Shown here: piece by piece, positions 47,952-58,178 of the stretch
How the letters are laid out: each line of letters opens with the position of its first letter
Position numbering within the stretch: the stretch's first letter is position 1
IMG/VR virus record: IMGVR_UViG_3300042561_002102
Reading direction: 5' to 3' (one strand)
Source: a virus
Lineage: Duplodnaviria > Caudoviricetes
Length of the DNA stretch: 64,000 nt
Notes under the pieces: generated by a model
Told to the model about the DNA's origin: nothing
The model's input: only the letters and a program-made list of their open reading frames with translations
Database searches by the model: none
Translations under genes and position numbers: made by a program

Positions 47952-48355
47952 AATAATTTTTCCATTTCTGTTTTTTTTACTCTTTTGAACTCCTTAATTA
48001 TAATATCAAAACTTTCTGGATAAAGTTGCTTAATACAATCCAATTCTGATTTCGTTAAATCATGTTTTAACATAATTTCATCATCAAATTGCTCAGTTTT
48101 TTTATGTGAAGAATTTGGATTTTTTTTCCAAAACCAGGCCTCGTAACCACGACCTCTAACTAAGTGATGCCAAGTATCCATAGCTGAAGATTTATCTACG
48201 TTGTCTTGGGACAAAATTGAAGACCACTCTGGATATTTCTTTGCGAACATTCTATTTATTATAAAATAGTGAGCTTCTTTGTCTTCACGTGTTATATTAC
48301 TCCACATCTGTGAGCTCCCAAAAAGCGCTTTTGTGAAATCTAAAAGGTTAGTCAT
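47948..48355 (-). CDS. Possible T4 gp62-like clamp-loader small subunit
   Basis: YFIINR motif and similar size; weak. Confidence 0.35.
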   Translation of the reverse strand: MTNLLDFTKALFGSSQMWSNITREDKEAHYFIINRMFAKKYPEWSSILSQDNVDKSSAMDTWHHLVRGRGYEAWFWKKNPNSSHKKTEQFDDEIMLKHDLTKSELDCIKQLYPESFDIIIKEFKRVKKTEMEKLL

Positions 48356-48722
48356 TTTCTAAAATTTTTTCTATTAAAACATCTCTTAAAAGACGGGGAT
48401 TATTTATTCTTAGATAAATCTTTCCGAGTGGAGTCCCAAAAAAACTTTTATTACTCCCGAAAACACCATCACCAACTTGGTGAACTACATCTGAAAATTC
48501 ATTCATAGATTTTTCGATTGATTTAATATTTGCTATAGTAAAATCAGACCAAAGTTCCCAAAAATAAACACAATCTTGAACATCGTTGTATCTATCTGGA
48601 TGTTTGGATTCAGGCCACTGATTTAAGGTCTGTGACCAAACAAAAATAGAATAATAATTTTTAATACGCGCTTTATTTTGGGTGTAATGGTAAAAAAGTT
48701 GGCATCTTTCTGATGTAATCAT
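48348..48722 (-). CDS. Small protein with RDVLIEKIL tail
   Basis: ORF. Confidence 0.65.
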   Translation of the reverse strand: MITSERCQLFYHYTQNKARIKNYYSIFVWSQTLNQWPESKHPDRYNDVQDCVYFWELWSDFTIANIKSIEKSMNEFSDVVHQVGDGVFGSNKSFFGTPLGKIYLRINNPRLLRDVLIEKILEND

Positions 48723-49220
48723 CTAGTTTAATATTTTATTGATTTGTTCTTCTCTAAATAAATCTGGATTCACAATTCGGTGGAAGATAGATGAAAAAGT
48801 GGTATCAACTAGATCAGGTGCTAAAAAGTTACCGGAGGATTTTTTATCTGAAATGATTAAATTTCCATCTTCTAGTTCATATTCGAATGTTCCTGTTTCG
48901 TAGTTGAACCATTCATTTACGACTTTAGAACGAGATTGGTTTTGATTGGTGATATTTTTATTCAGATTTTCTAAAATAGTTGTGATATTTGGGACATTTT
49001 TTTTCTCAGCTTTTGAAAGTGTATCTATCCATCTTTCATAAAATTCAACAAAAACACAGAGGTATTGGTAGTTACTCATTTTTTTCTTGTTCATGTTTGG
49101 CACTCTATCTGAGATAAAACCATACCATTTGAAGAGTGATTCTTTAACTATTTTATCTCCTATGAAGGAGGTAAGGTTTTGCAACTTTAACCAATTGATA
49201 AATCTCTCATCTATAATCAT
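48723..49220 (-). CDS. Protein with REEQINKIL tail
   Basis: ORF. Confidence 0.65.
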   Translation of the reverse strand: MIIDERFINWLKLQNLTSFIGDKIVKESLFKWYGFISDRVPNMNKKKMSNYQYLCVFVEFYERWIDTLSKAEKKNVPNITTILENLNKNITNQNQSRSKVVNEWFNYETGTFEYELEDGNLIISDKKSSGNFLAPDLVDTTFSSIFHRIVNPDLFREEQINKILN

Positions 49221-50178
49221 GGACTTGGTTCATTTTTTCTACGATTTGTCTTGGAAGTGTATCTAGATCGAGATGAATCAGTTTCCAGTTCTCCCGTATA
49301 TTATGTGAAATCTGAGGTATAGTTGATTTTGATAATCTTTTTTTCTCACAAATAATATCGGCTAAGTTCTCGAATAAATCAGGATCACTAATAGAAATTT
49401 GACCAAAAGATTGCTCGTATCTTTTGTAGATATCTTTTGCGCCTTTTGGTCCAATACCACGGATCTTACCGAACTTCTCGACTTGCCAAACCGATTTAAT
49501 GTTATCAGAGTTATCACCGGATAGTATTTTTGTGATCAGAGATTCAACTGGATCAGCTACTGACGTTTGGTATTTGTCGGTAAAGTTTTTGAGTAGTTTT
49601 ATAAAATCTTCAGAATAATCCTGATCGAAGATAGTTTGCTCTTCGGCTTTTTGTGTAACACGATTCAAGAATACTTGAAAGTTTTTTGGTAGGAATATTT
49701 TTTGTTTATTGATAATCTCGTTACTCATTACGTTGATGTAAGGTGGATCAAGACCATACCTGATAAGCTGCTTTATATCGTGATCGTTCGAGATAATAAC
49801 ATTCGAGATATTTTTCTCGTTTGATTTGTTGATAATATAGCAGATCCAATCATCACCCTCTATTGAAGGATACTCGAGAACGTGCACACCTTGTAGGTTT
49901 TCCTTGAAGTTTTTGTAAGTTTCATGAACAAAACTCCAGTCTATATCATTATTCTTTTTTCTGGTTGCTTTGTATTCTTGGTTTAATTTCTTTCTCCAAG
50001 ATTTTTCTTTTGAATCTGATACAAGATAAATCTTAGTGAAAGGATACCATCTTTTGTAAGATTGGAGTGATTTCTCAAGAGCTCTTTGAAGCTCACCGAA
50101 AAGAAGATTATTTTTATGAAGTGTAAAAACACATTTGTTTAAAAGGTAGTTCCCATCAATCAATAAATTGACTAGCAT
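49207..50178 (-). CDS. 5'-3' exonuclease / flap endonuclease (T4 RNase H-like)
   Basis: LLIDGN, EGDD, SNDHD and GDNSDNI..GIGPK motifs. Confidence 0.85.
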   Translation of the reverse strand: MLVNLLIDGNYLLNKCVFTLHKNNLLFGELQRALEKSLQSYKRWYPFTKIYLVSDSKEKSWRKKLNQEYKATRKKNNDIDWSFVHETYKNFKENLQGVHVLEYPSIEGDDWICYIINKSNEKNISNVIISNDHDIKQLIRYGLDPPYINVMSNEIINKQKIFLPKNFQVFLNRVTQKAEEQTIFDQDYSEDFIKLLKNFTDKYQTSVADPVESLITKILSGDNSDNIKSVWQVEKFGKIRGIGPKGAKDIYKRYEQSFGQISISDPDLFENLADIICEKKRLSKSTIPQISHNIRENWKLIHLDLDTLPRQIVEKMNQVHDYR

Positions 50179-50381
50179 AGTCTTTTGATTATTTTTTTTA
50201 GACTAGCTATTTTCCAAACCTTGAACGATTATACTCGTCTCAAGTAGTCACTACCTCTTATTACCCAACAAGGAGTATTATTTATTGAACCGAGAATGTA
50301 AAGTTGCACTTGACCAAAAAGATAGGATATTGATTTCTTACTTCGTGGATTTGGCATAATAACTAATTTGATATTATATAC

Positions 50382-50750
50382 CTAAATATGAACTTTGTTT
50401 TTATCCGATAATATCTGCTCAATCTTTTTATCTCTGTTTACAATCCTTTTCATATCTTTAAGATAATCAGAAAAACTTCTATCTAGGAACTCTAAATAAA
50501 TTGGATTCTCTTCTATGAATTCTAACATCCTCTCTAAGCCATATTTTTTTATAAACCAAACGCACATGTTGTTTTGCCAATCGTCATTCACTAAAATATC
50601 CGTTCCTGGTATCGTAATTTTTGATCCGAAGACAGGAGATCCTAAAGATATATTATTGTTGGATACACCTCCAGTAGTAATAGTAGTTGAAATACCAGGA
50701 TATGTAACTGTGTAAGTGTTGTTGGAAGACGATGAGATTATGTTGAACAT
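50382..50750 (-). CDS. Protein with RDKKIEQIL tail
   Basis: ORF. Confidence 0.6.
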   Translation of the reverse strand: MFNIISSSSNNTYTVTYPGISTTITTGGVSNNNISLGSPVFGSKITIPGTDILVNDDWQNNMCVWFIKKYGLERMLEFIEENPIYLEFLDRSFSDYLKDMKRIVNRDKKIEQILSDKNKVHI

Positions 50751-50756
50751 AGTTTT

Positions 50757-50951
50757 TTATGAAATTTTCGGAAGGTTATTATCTAGGCTTAAGGAGTTTT
50801 GTGAAGATTTCAGTTCTTCTATAATTTCGTTACCTATTTTGATATTCTCTTCTAACATCCAATAGGGCCAGTTATCCATTGATACTTCTTGAGTGCCGTA
50901 TTGTTTTTGTAGAAGTAGTTTATTTTTTAATATACCGGTCAAAGGCATCAC
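50757..50951 (-). CDS. Possible T4 gp51-like baseplate hub assembly protein
   Basis: LLLQKQYG..MDNWPYWMLE pattern immediately after the hub-like gene. Confidence 0.5.
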   Translation of the reverse strand: MMPLTGILKNKLLLQKQYGTQEVSMDNWPYWMLEENIKIGNEIIEELKSSQNSLSLDNNLPKIS

Positions 50952-51888
50952 GAATAACGAAAAGAGATGATGCTCCTCGAGGAAAGATACTCTCGCTGCG
51001 GACCTCCTGACCGCAGCTACAAGTTGATTTTACACATTTGATGCCAAACTTCATAAGATCCACCGTGTTATTAAGGAATTGAAAAGATATATCGTCCATT
51101 TTTTCTTCGTCCGAGAAATCTTTCTCAAGTTCTAACAATCTTTGGCTATCCAGACTATTCTGACCGTTGGCAAGAAAAGGCATAATTTTCAAGAATGAAG
51201 GATTAACTTTCTTACCTTCTGCGTTTCTCTGTTGAATCCACTCATACAAGCTTTTCTGAACACCAACCGTGGGCGGAGATAGATTGAAAACATAATCGTT
51301 GACGGTTTCGAAGCTAAAGCAACTTAGGTTTTGATTGTAAAAAGGCTTGATTTTATCACCTGGTGTATGAAACTCGAAGTTAGCTCTTTTAAGCTCTATA
51401 TTACATTCAGTGTTATCTACCGGACAAATAGCCTTTGTGGTCAGGTAGTTACCTTTTTGGAAAGTAAGTTCTCTTATTAAAAATATCACAAAAAATTTGT
51501 CAGGATCTTTAAGATCAAGATAGGTCTTTGTTTCACCAGTTGGATATTTCAATTTTAAGCAACTAGATAAGATATAGTTTATTTTTTCTAGTATATCATA
51601 GATATTGTTATCATCAACCATCGAGAAATATTGAATCTCAATTACTTTAGCAGCTCTTATTTGTATGTAGGAACCTTTTGGATAAAATACTCCACAAGGT
51701 AGTTCTCTAGTATCTATACTGAAGTATTGAAGTTCACCAACTCTAGCTGAATCCGGTGCCATACCAAAACTTTGATCTACCTCAGGTACGACCGCCTCTT
51801 TTTGTGAGGTGAATTGTTTTTCTCGTTCTACACTTTCAATATGTCTTCTTAAATATTCTTCTTCTGATAATTGTTCTTCTTGACTCAT
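50920..51888 (-). CDS. T4 gp26-like baseplate hub / tail assembly protein
   Basis: ELPCGVFYP, DKFFVIFLIRELT and CP..C/CxCG motifs. Confidence 0.6.
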   Translation of the reverse strand: MSQEEQLSEEEYLRRHIESVEREKQFTSQKEAVVPEVDQSFGMAPDSARVGELQYFSIDTRELPCGVFYPKGSYIQIRAAKVIEIQYFSMVDDNNIYDILEKINYILSSCLKLKYPTGETKTYLDLKDPDKFFVIFLIRELTFQKGNYLTTKAICPVDNTECNIELKRANFEFHTPGDKIKPFYNQNLSCFSFETVNDYVFNLSPPTVGVQKSLYEWIQQRNAEGKKVNPSFLKIMPFLANGQNSLDSQRLLELEKDFSDEEKMDDISFQFLNNTVDLMKFGIKCVKSTCSCGQEVRSESIFPRGASSLFVIRDAFDRYIKK

Positions 51889-51948
51889 GTTTGGGTTATT
51901 TTTATATAATTTCGCCTGGTTTATATTGTGGTCGTAAGAAAAAGTTGA

Positions 51949-53754
51949 TTACTTGAACGATAGATTAGTATCTTCGTCTAAGTAACTAAGTTTTGTTGAG
52001 ATTTCTCTAACTACTGATGTAAGAGCGGCTATTTGAGATGATAAACCACCGAGCATTTGGTTACCCAAATTTTGCTCTTGATCTTTATTTTCAGATAAAA
52101 TTGGAACCGGTGGCTGTTCGGTATTTATTGGTAATCCCACCGATGACACCGTAGTTGGTGATTCTGTTCTAGTGACGGGCTGATCGACTTCAAAATTTGT
52201 TTTGGATATTGGTGTGACCATCGATTCTGATATCAGTTGAGGTGTCTGTTTCACAAAATTAGTTTGTAAAGTTGCCATGGGTATTATGTCAGAACGATTT
52301 GTTCTAATTTCATTTTCGGAATTTGAATAGGTGTTCATCTTTGGTATATTATTCATTCCAATAAATCTATTGTTTTCTGGCCTCACCATTTCAGAGTTAT
52401 TCATCGAAGCTATCTGCATAGAGATAGGTGTTATGAATCTATTTTCTCCTGTTGATCTCGAAGAACCTCTATCGAGTGTATTTACCGGGAGATTATTTTC
52501 AGAAAATTGTGTTGACCTATTGTAAAAATTATTCGTGAAGTTATCTGAATTGAAAACCGAATCTAATCCTCGATTTATTAAATTATTTGAATAGAGATCA
52601 GAATAGTTCAATAAATTATTAATCGTTCTTGTCGATAAGAAGTTATCCGATCTGTTGGGATTTGATATTTTATTAAAAATAGGATTTGAGATGTTGGAAT
52701 TGTTATTTGGTGCTAGAGATGATGATATATTACCAGAATTTAAAAAATTGGATAAGTTGTTTGTAATAATACCTTTTTCAGTTGAGAAATTCTCCAGATT
52801 CATAAACGATGAAATCATCATAGGCAAGTAATTTGATTCAAATAAATTAGTTGCTGAGTTTCTAGATCTAGTATCATATATTTGTCTTGAATTATTCAAA
52901 ATAGAGCTGATGTTATTCAAATTTTGATCTGTAAAATTGTTTTTGCCAAAAGATAAATTTGTAATATCTCTATAGGATAAAAATCTGGAATTAGTTGAAA
53001 AATTATTATTATTTTGATCTAAGTTAGTAGAAGACGATATATCTTGAATATTGGTAAATAACTTTGTTAAATTATTTATCAGTGGTTGTGTAGATGTCTG
53101 AAAATCAATAATAGGTCTAGTTTCGGTTGAATCATTCGACTTTATTTGAAAATAAAAATTTTTATTATTCACAACATTATCACCCATGTTTGTAATAGTG
53201 TTTGTGATATTTTTAATCTCATTACCTACCTCTTGATTTGTATTTGTGAATGTCAAATTCTCTCGAGTAATAGGTCTGTTTTCATTTAATTTTATAATTT
53301 CTAATCCTGTTAAATCATTTGTGAGTCTTGATCCTGTTAAATCATTTGTGAGTCTTGTTCCTGTTAAATCATTTGTGAGTCTCGATCCTGTTAAATCATT
53401 TGTGATCCCAGGTCTTGTAAAATCATTTTCAATTTGTTTTCCTTGTTCCTTTTTTGAAAAATTACTTACAAATTCTTCTACCGGTGTTAAAAAAACATTC
53501 AGTAAAGGAGGTGTAACACCAATCATTCCTAGATTAGATAATCTATTTTCACTTTGTTGTTCTGTATTTCCTACTACTAAATTAGAAAAATCATTTATTT
53601 TTTGTGGAATTTCTAATTTTTTTCCAGTAATAGACTTTGTAACTCGATCTAGTGAAAAATCATTTATATTTTCGAAGGCGAATTGATCGGATACATTTCT
53701 TACATTCTGAAAATCACCAGAGAGTAACATTTCATATGTATTCAGTAGATTCAT
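51949..53754 (-). CDS. Asn/Ser/Thr-rich low-complexity protein
   Basis: Long ORF with TNDLTGSRL repeats. Confidence 0.65.
   Translation of the reverse strand: MNLLNTYEMLLSGDFQNVRNVSDQFAFENINDFSLDRVTKSITGKKLEIPQKINDFSNLVVGNTEQQSENRLSNLGMIGVTPPLLNVFLTPVEEFVSNFSKKEQGKQIENDFTRPGITNDLTGSRLTNDLTGTRLTNDLTGSRLTNDLTGLEIIKLNENRPITRENLTFTNTNQEVGNEIKNITNTITNMGDNVVNNKNFYFQIKSNDSTETRPIIDFQTSTQPLINNLTKLFTNIQDISSSTNLDQNNNNFSTNSRFLSYRDITNLSFGKNNFTDQNLNNISSILNNSRQIYDTRSRNSATNLFESNYLPMMISSFMNLENFSTEKGIITNNLSNFLNSGNISSSLAPNNNSNISNPIFNKISNPNRSDNFLSTRTINNLLNYSDLYSNNLINRGLDSVFNSDNFTNNFYNRSTQFSENNLPVNTLDRGSSRSTGENRFITPISMQIASMNNSEMVRPENNRFIGMNNIPKMNTYSNSENEIRTNRSDIIPMATLQTNFVKQTPQLISESMVTPISKTNFEVDQPVTRTESPTTVSSVGLPINTEQPPVPILSENKDQEQNLGNQMLGGLSSQIAALTSVVREISTKLSYLDEDTNLSFK
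53304..53404. repeat. 27-bp tandem repeat, ~3.7 copies
   Basis: Unit ATCCTGTTAAATCATTTGTGAGTCTTG. Confidence 0.9.
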
Positions 53755-53774
53755 ATTTTTATATATAAAAGGGT

Positions 53775-54068
53775 ATGAACTACAGATCAAAGATCAAAAA
53801 CTTCACTCAGTTCGTTAAAGAGGCAATATCTGGAACTTATGATATATCACCACTTGGACCGAATATGCCAAGACAAGAGTTGAAACTTCCAGCAGGAACT
53901 CTCAAAGATGAAATAGTTTGGCTAGATGGATATGATAAATTTTATACTAGAGATGATTTTGAAGAAATCTATAACGAGTATTTGAAAGCTGGTGGAAGTC
54001 CTCTTTTTGAATTCACAAAACAAAATTTGCAAATTATTCTTCAGTTTTTAGAAGAAAAAAATAGTTAA
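53775..54068 (+). CDS. Hypothetical protein
   Basis: KIKNFTQFVKE start after TATATA. Confidence 0.7.
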   Translation: MNYRSKIKNFTQFVKEAISGTYDISPLGPNMPRQELKLPAGTLKDEIVWLDGYDKFYTRDDFEEIYNEYLKAGGSPLFEFTKQNLQIILQFLEEKNS

Positions 54069-54622
54069 ATGCCTCGTAGCCATTTATCTGAAAACCCTTT
54101 ATTTCCAGTGCAGTATCGAGCATATTCATTTACGGTTGGAGTTCCAGTATTATAAAAACCAAGTGCTAAAGACCAAGTTCCAAACTCATCGTGTAAATAT
54201 TTAAGATATTTAAGCGATATATTCACGTTCATATCTATATTTGTTAGAAGCTCTTTACGAGAAATTCTTCTTCTTTCAACAAAATTTGCAGTTTTTGGCA
54301 TTACTTGCATTGGACCAACTGCTCCTTGACCAGAAACTTGTCTAGGTGAGTAGGCAAAATGTAGAGGGCCTCGGTATCCAGTTTCTAAATAAGCTACATT
54401 GAAAGCGATATGTTCAGGTATTTCGTATTTTTGAGCGTATTTTCTAATGGATTCATACATATGAATTGAGGCAATCATAGAAGTTTCTGAATATTCTCGA
54501 TCCTCTTGAGATACAACCTCTTTAGCTGAAAAAAGTTTCCAAGAAAGAAAAAAAGTTAATAATATTGAACAAACGTAGAATAATATTAGTTTATTTCCTA
54601 GTTTTATAAATTGATTACTCAT
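54065..54622 (-). CDS. Lytic transglycosylase (SLT) with N-terminal TM segment
   Basis: AYLETG..GAVGPMQVMPKTA..ALGFYNTG. Confidence 0.85.
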   Translation of the reverse strand: MSNQFIKLGNKLILFYVCSILLTFFLSWKLFSAKEVVSQEDREYSETSMIASIHMYESIRKYAQKYEIPEHIAFNVAYLETGYRGPLHFAYSPRQVSGQGAVGPMQVMPKTANFVERRRISRKELLTNIDMNVNISLKYLKYLHDEFGTWSLALGFYNTGTPTVNEYARYCTGNKGFSDKWLRGI

Positions 54623-54932
54623 GTCTTACCATATTTTTAGCGTATATATGAAAAATACCATATCCTATTGAGTCCTCATAAAACTTGATCTCACCGGTTT
54701 CTTTATCGATAAGAAGAAGATTATCATACTGATCTATTGCTAGATTTACTCTATCTTTTAGTATTATCGAGTGTTTTGGCTTGGTTTTTTGGTTGTAAAG
54801 AAGATCGAAGTTCATACCGGCTAGAAATCCAGCACCTAGTGAGAAAACGACTAATACATAGTAAAAAAACTTATTTAAGAAAGTTTTTACTTTTTGAATG
54901 TTTATAAAATCAAGATTAAATTTTTTGTTCAT
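54615..54932 (-). CDS. Single-TM protein next to the lysin
   Basis: One hydrophobic segment. Confidence 0.6.
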   Translation of the reverse strand: MNKKFNLDFINIQKVKTFLNKFFYYVLVVFSLGAGFLAGMNFDLLYNQKTKPKHSIILKDRVNLAIDQYDNLLLIDKETGEIKFYEDSIGYGIFHIYAKNMVRHE

Positions 54933-55855
54933 AATTTATTTTGTTTAAGAAATTCGAGTGCTATTTGAGATTCGTTTTGATTTTTGAATCCATGATAGAA
55001 TAATACTTCACTTGAGTTTCGACAATACGTATATCCATCTTCTTCAAGGTAGGTATCTAAAATATTCGGATCCATTTCAACTTTTTTAAGTATTTCACTT
55101 TTATGAGTATTTACAAAAATTGTTTCATAATTTTTTTCAACACTTCTTCTCCAAAGAATGATATTTATTGCTGTTTCCTCGTGAAAAGGTAGATATTCTT
55201 TACCTCTTCTTCGTATCCAGGGATTTTCTATGAGTGATTTCCATTCTAAAATAAAATCTTCACACTTTTCACCAAAACTAATTACACAGGTTCCAACATA
55301 TCTCATCGATCTTTTTTTAACACCGAAAAGACACATAAGTGCTGCTTCGTTGTAGATAATTGTCCCAGGTGTTCCGGTAACCCTACCATCAATATCGACT
55401 TCAACAGCTAGTCTTTCTTGACCATCAGATCCAATGTATTTCAATGTAGGATTCCATATTTTAGCTTTGGAGTAATGTGGTCCAAAAATTATTGGAAAAG
55501 AATGGGATATTGTCGTGAGGAGAGGATAGTCCTCATCATTTTCAAAATAGTCGATATTAAATCTTTTACCGACAAGAATATCACAATCCATGAACAAAAA
55601 ATCACCACCAAAATGATTTAATGCGTGAAATAAAATAGCTGGTTTATAAAAATAAAAATCAGTGCCGTATTCTTTTACTGGTTCAAAATATTGACATATA
55701 AGATTTGGATAGTCAAGTTGTGATTCAAATCCAATTGTATAATATATTATAGGTATAGTATAATTGGTTCTTATTATTATAGACTCAACGAGATTTTTAG
55801 CTTGAAATTCATAATTTTTATCGGAAAGAATAATAATTTTTCTTGAATTTTTCAT
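54929..55855 (-). CDS. GT-A-type glycosyltransferase-like protein
   Basis: FYKPAIL..FLFMDCDILV (DxD motif). Confidence 0.65.
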   Translation of the reverse strand: MKNSRKIIILSDKNYEFQAKNLVESIIIRTNYTIPIIYYTIGFESQLDYPNLICQYFEPVKEYGTDFYFYKPAILFHALNHFGGDFLFMDCDILVGKRFNIDYFENDEDYPLLTTISHSFPIIFGPHYSKAKIWNPTLKYIGSDGQERLAVEVDIDGRVTGTPGTIIYNEAALMCLFGVKKRSMRYVGTCVISFGEKCEDFILEWKSLIENPWIRRRGKEYLPFHEETAINIILWRRSVEKNYETIFVNTHKSEILKKVEMDPNILDTYLEEDGYTYCRNSSEVLFYHGFKNQNESQIALEFLKQNKL

Positions 55856-58170
55856 ATCAATCCATTTTGTTTTAGTTTTTCAAAAATAAATTCTGGTTCA
55901 ATTGTTCTAGTACATTCAAACCATTTTGTTGAACCTTTATGTTCCGGACACCAAGTCCAGTCACCTGGATCGAATTTCCAGTCAGTTGTTTTAGTGAAAC
56001 AAGAATTACATACTTGTTGGTTTTGTATTCTTATAATGTCTTGTGTAAATTCGTTGTCAGCAGAGGTAACTCCTGATATCATAACTACTTCTTTCCCAAG
56101 TGCGTGAGCAACCCAAGAAAGACCAGAAGAAACTCCAATAAAAAATGCAGAATGTTGTATAATATTCACTACTTCATCGAAACTTAGTCCTGTTTTACGA
56201 ACCGAGGAATGAGGTAAAGAATTCCACCAACCTTCAATTCCAAAAACTTCGTGAAGATCCACCGCAACTGGTATTAAATCGATTTTTCTCAACATTTTTG
56301 ATAAAATTTCCCATCCGTTGGGATAGTTCCAATATTTACACTGGGAGGTAGATTGAACCCCTAGGCAAACATATTTGTCCCTAATAGGTCTTGGTAATTT
56401 AGATCTTTTGATGAGTGGTCTGAGTTCTTTATATTCAAGTTCAAGTTGATCTGAAAAACCTTTCATGACCGGTCTATCAAATTTGTAATCAAGATAAATT
56501 ATATTAGTAAAGTTTTCATCAAAATGTTCTTTTTTCTCTAATAAATTCAGGTTTGGAAAATCCGAAGGATCGAAAATATCTACACCTTTCACGTAAAGAT
56601 CACACACTATATTTTTCATCAGTGCGAATTCTTGAGCATACCTTACTGAAACTATTTTATCACCAAGAGCATCACTATTAGAGACAATAATAGTTTTTTG
56701 AGAAATTTTTTCTTTTTGATTAAAATAATCTAGAAGTTGTCGTTCGTTCAAGGAGTAATAAAACCCGTTTTCGTCGGCTTGAGAATCAATTTGAACACCA
56801 TCAATGTAGTAATTTTTTCTAGTTTTTATGGTAAGATAACATCTAGTTTTTTCAACAAAAGATTTTACAGTATCTGGTTCTAGATCGAAACTCTCGATAA
56901 CAAGCAAAATACGCTTATTTTCAAGAGAAAGTTCTTCTTTATGTAAAATTTTGGATCCCTCTTTTACCTCAACAACCCATTCTATAAATTCTCCATCTCT
57001 AAATGCTGAAGACCATATGTTTGTTGATTTTTTCGTAAGACTATGGTATATGACTCTTCCTGTTTTCTTATCACTAAAAACAACAGTCCCATCAAAAGAA
57101 AAACCTACTTTACAAAAAGCTCTTCTAGATGAAAAATTTATAATGATTCCCTTGGTGTCGGGAGTAGACCTAGATGTCTTTTTAATTTTGTTGTAATTAT
57201 ATAAAAGTTGATCTCTTTCACTCACTTGGTAGAATTTTTTATAATTTTGGATCATTCTACCAACTACCAAATCCCAAGAAAAACTTAGACGATTATCAAT
57301 AATTTGGTTGGTCAAGCTATCGTATTTCTTGAAAGCATTCCCAATCGCCTTCTCTAAAGAATCTATCTCTGGGGAGCAATTTATTAGTCCAGGTAAAGAT
57401 TCATTGCAAACCCCAACAACTGGCATACCCACAGATAAAGCTTCTAGAATTGTTAAATTTGGATGACCAGCTTCTAAATTAGAAGGATGCAAAAATAACT
57501 GGTAATTTTTCATTCTATCAATAGATTCTTTGTAATCTAAATCATATAGAATAGTTAAATTTTTGTAATCTGGTTTCCAGAAATCAAAGAAAGTTTGATT
57601 ACTGGATGGGCACATGATATGAATTTCGAAGCCGAACTTTTTAGCACATTCGATACCTAACAAAAAACCCTTTCTATCTATGGTTCTGTCGCCACCCATA
57701 CCATTATTTGCCATCATCAATAATTTTGGGTTATCTATACGAACTTTCTCGGATCTATCAATTAAGGGATAGTCTTCTAAATTTACACCGTGTGGGAGAT
57801 ATACTATTTGTTCGAGTTCGTCGAAATATTTTATCAAATGTTTTGAGTGCACAAATGTAAGCTTCGAATTTTTAATAGCCCTGTAATTTTCTTTATAAAC
57901 CGCTGAATCTTTTCCGAAATACTCTACGTGATGATCATGTAGGGAAAAAACATAAGGGATCCCCTTTTGATATAAAATATTTGCCAAATTGGCCATGTGA
58001 ACATGTATAATTTGACCATGCCTATATTGTATATCATCAAGATAAAGAATTTCTACCTCATACCCGAGTTTCTCTAGTGAGAGTTTATATTCCCAGATTA
58101 TTTTTTCAACCGCACCCCATCCATTTGGTGGTATGGGTATATTACCAGGTGTTACTTGAATTATCTTCAT
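55852..58170 (-). CDS. GT4 + GT9/autotransporter heptosyltransferase (TibC/Aah-like) fusion
   Basis: GWGAVEK..LEALSVGMPVV; DALGD; FFIGVSSGLSWVAHALGK; C-terminal Cys cluster CNSC..WCPEHK..FECT. Confidence 0.8.
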   Translation of the reverse strand: MKIIQVTPGNIPIPPNGWGAVEKIIWEYKLSLEKLGYEVEILYLDDIQYRHGQIIHVHMANLANILYQKGIPYVFSLHDHHVEYFGKDSAVYKENYRAIKNSKLTFVHSKHLIKYFDELEQIVYLPHGVNLEDYPLIDRSEKVRIDNPKLLMMANNGMGGDRTIDRKGFLLGIECAKKFGFEIHIMCPSSNQTFFDFWKPDYKNLTILYDLDYKESIDRMKNYQLFLHPSNLEAGHPNLTILEALSVGMPVVGVCNESLPGLINCSPEIDSLEKAIGNAFKKYDSLTNQIIDNRLSFSWDLVVGRMIQNYKKFYQVSERDQLLYNYNKIKKTSRSTPDTKGIIINFSSRRAFCKVGFSFDGTVVFSDKKTGRVIYHSLTKKSTNIWSSAFRDGEFIEWVVEVKEGSKILHKEELSLENKRILLVIESFDLEPDTVKSFVEKTRCYLTIKTRKNYYIDGVQIDSQADENGFYYSLNERQLLDYFNQKEKISQKTIIVSNSDALGDKIVSVRYAQEFALMKNIVCDLYVKGVDIFDPSDFPNLNLLEKKEHFDENFTNIIYLDYKFDRPVMKGFSDQLELEYKELRPLIKRSKLPRPIRDKYVCLGVQSTSQCKYWNYPNGWEILSKMLRKIDLIPVAVDLHEVFGIEGWWNSLPHSSVRKTGLSFDEVVNIIQHSAFFIGVSSGLSWVAHALGKEVVMISGVTSADNEFTQDIIRIQNQQVCNSCFTKTTDWKFDPGDWTWCPEHKGSTKWFECTRTIEPEFIFEKLKQNGLI

Positions 58171-58178
58171 AAAGGAAA

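Noticed and set aside
50757-50960. Programmed frameshift joining the hub gene to the downstream small ORF
   Set aside because: The small ORF is in the +1 frame with its own GTG/ATG, and there is no canonical -1 slippery heptamer leading into it.
53246-53686. 146-aa plus-strand ORF over the VNTR, and similar antisense ORFs at 43404, 44077 (5' part), 37479 and 39183
   Set aside because: Antisense to longer, motif-bearing genes; best explained as shadow ORFs.
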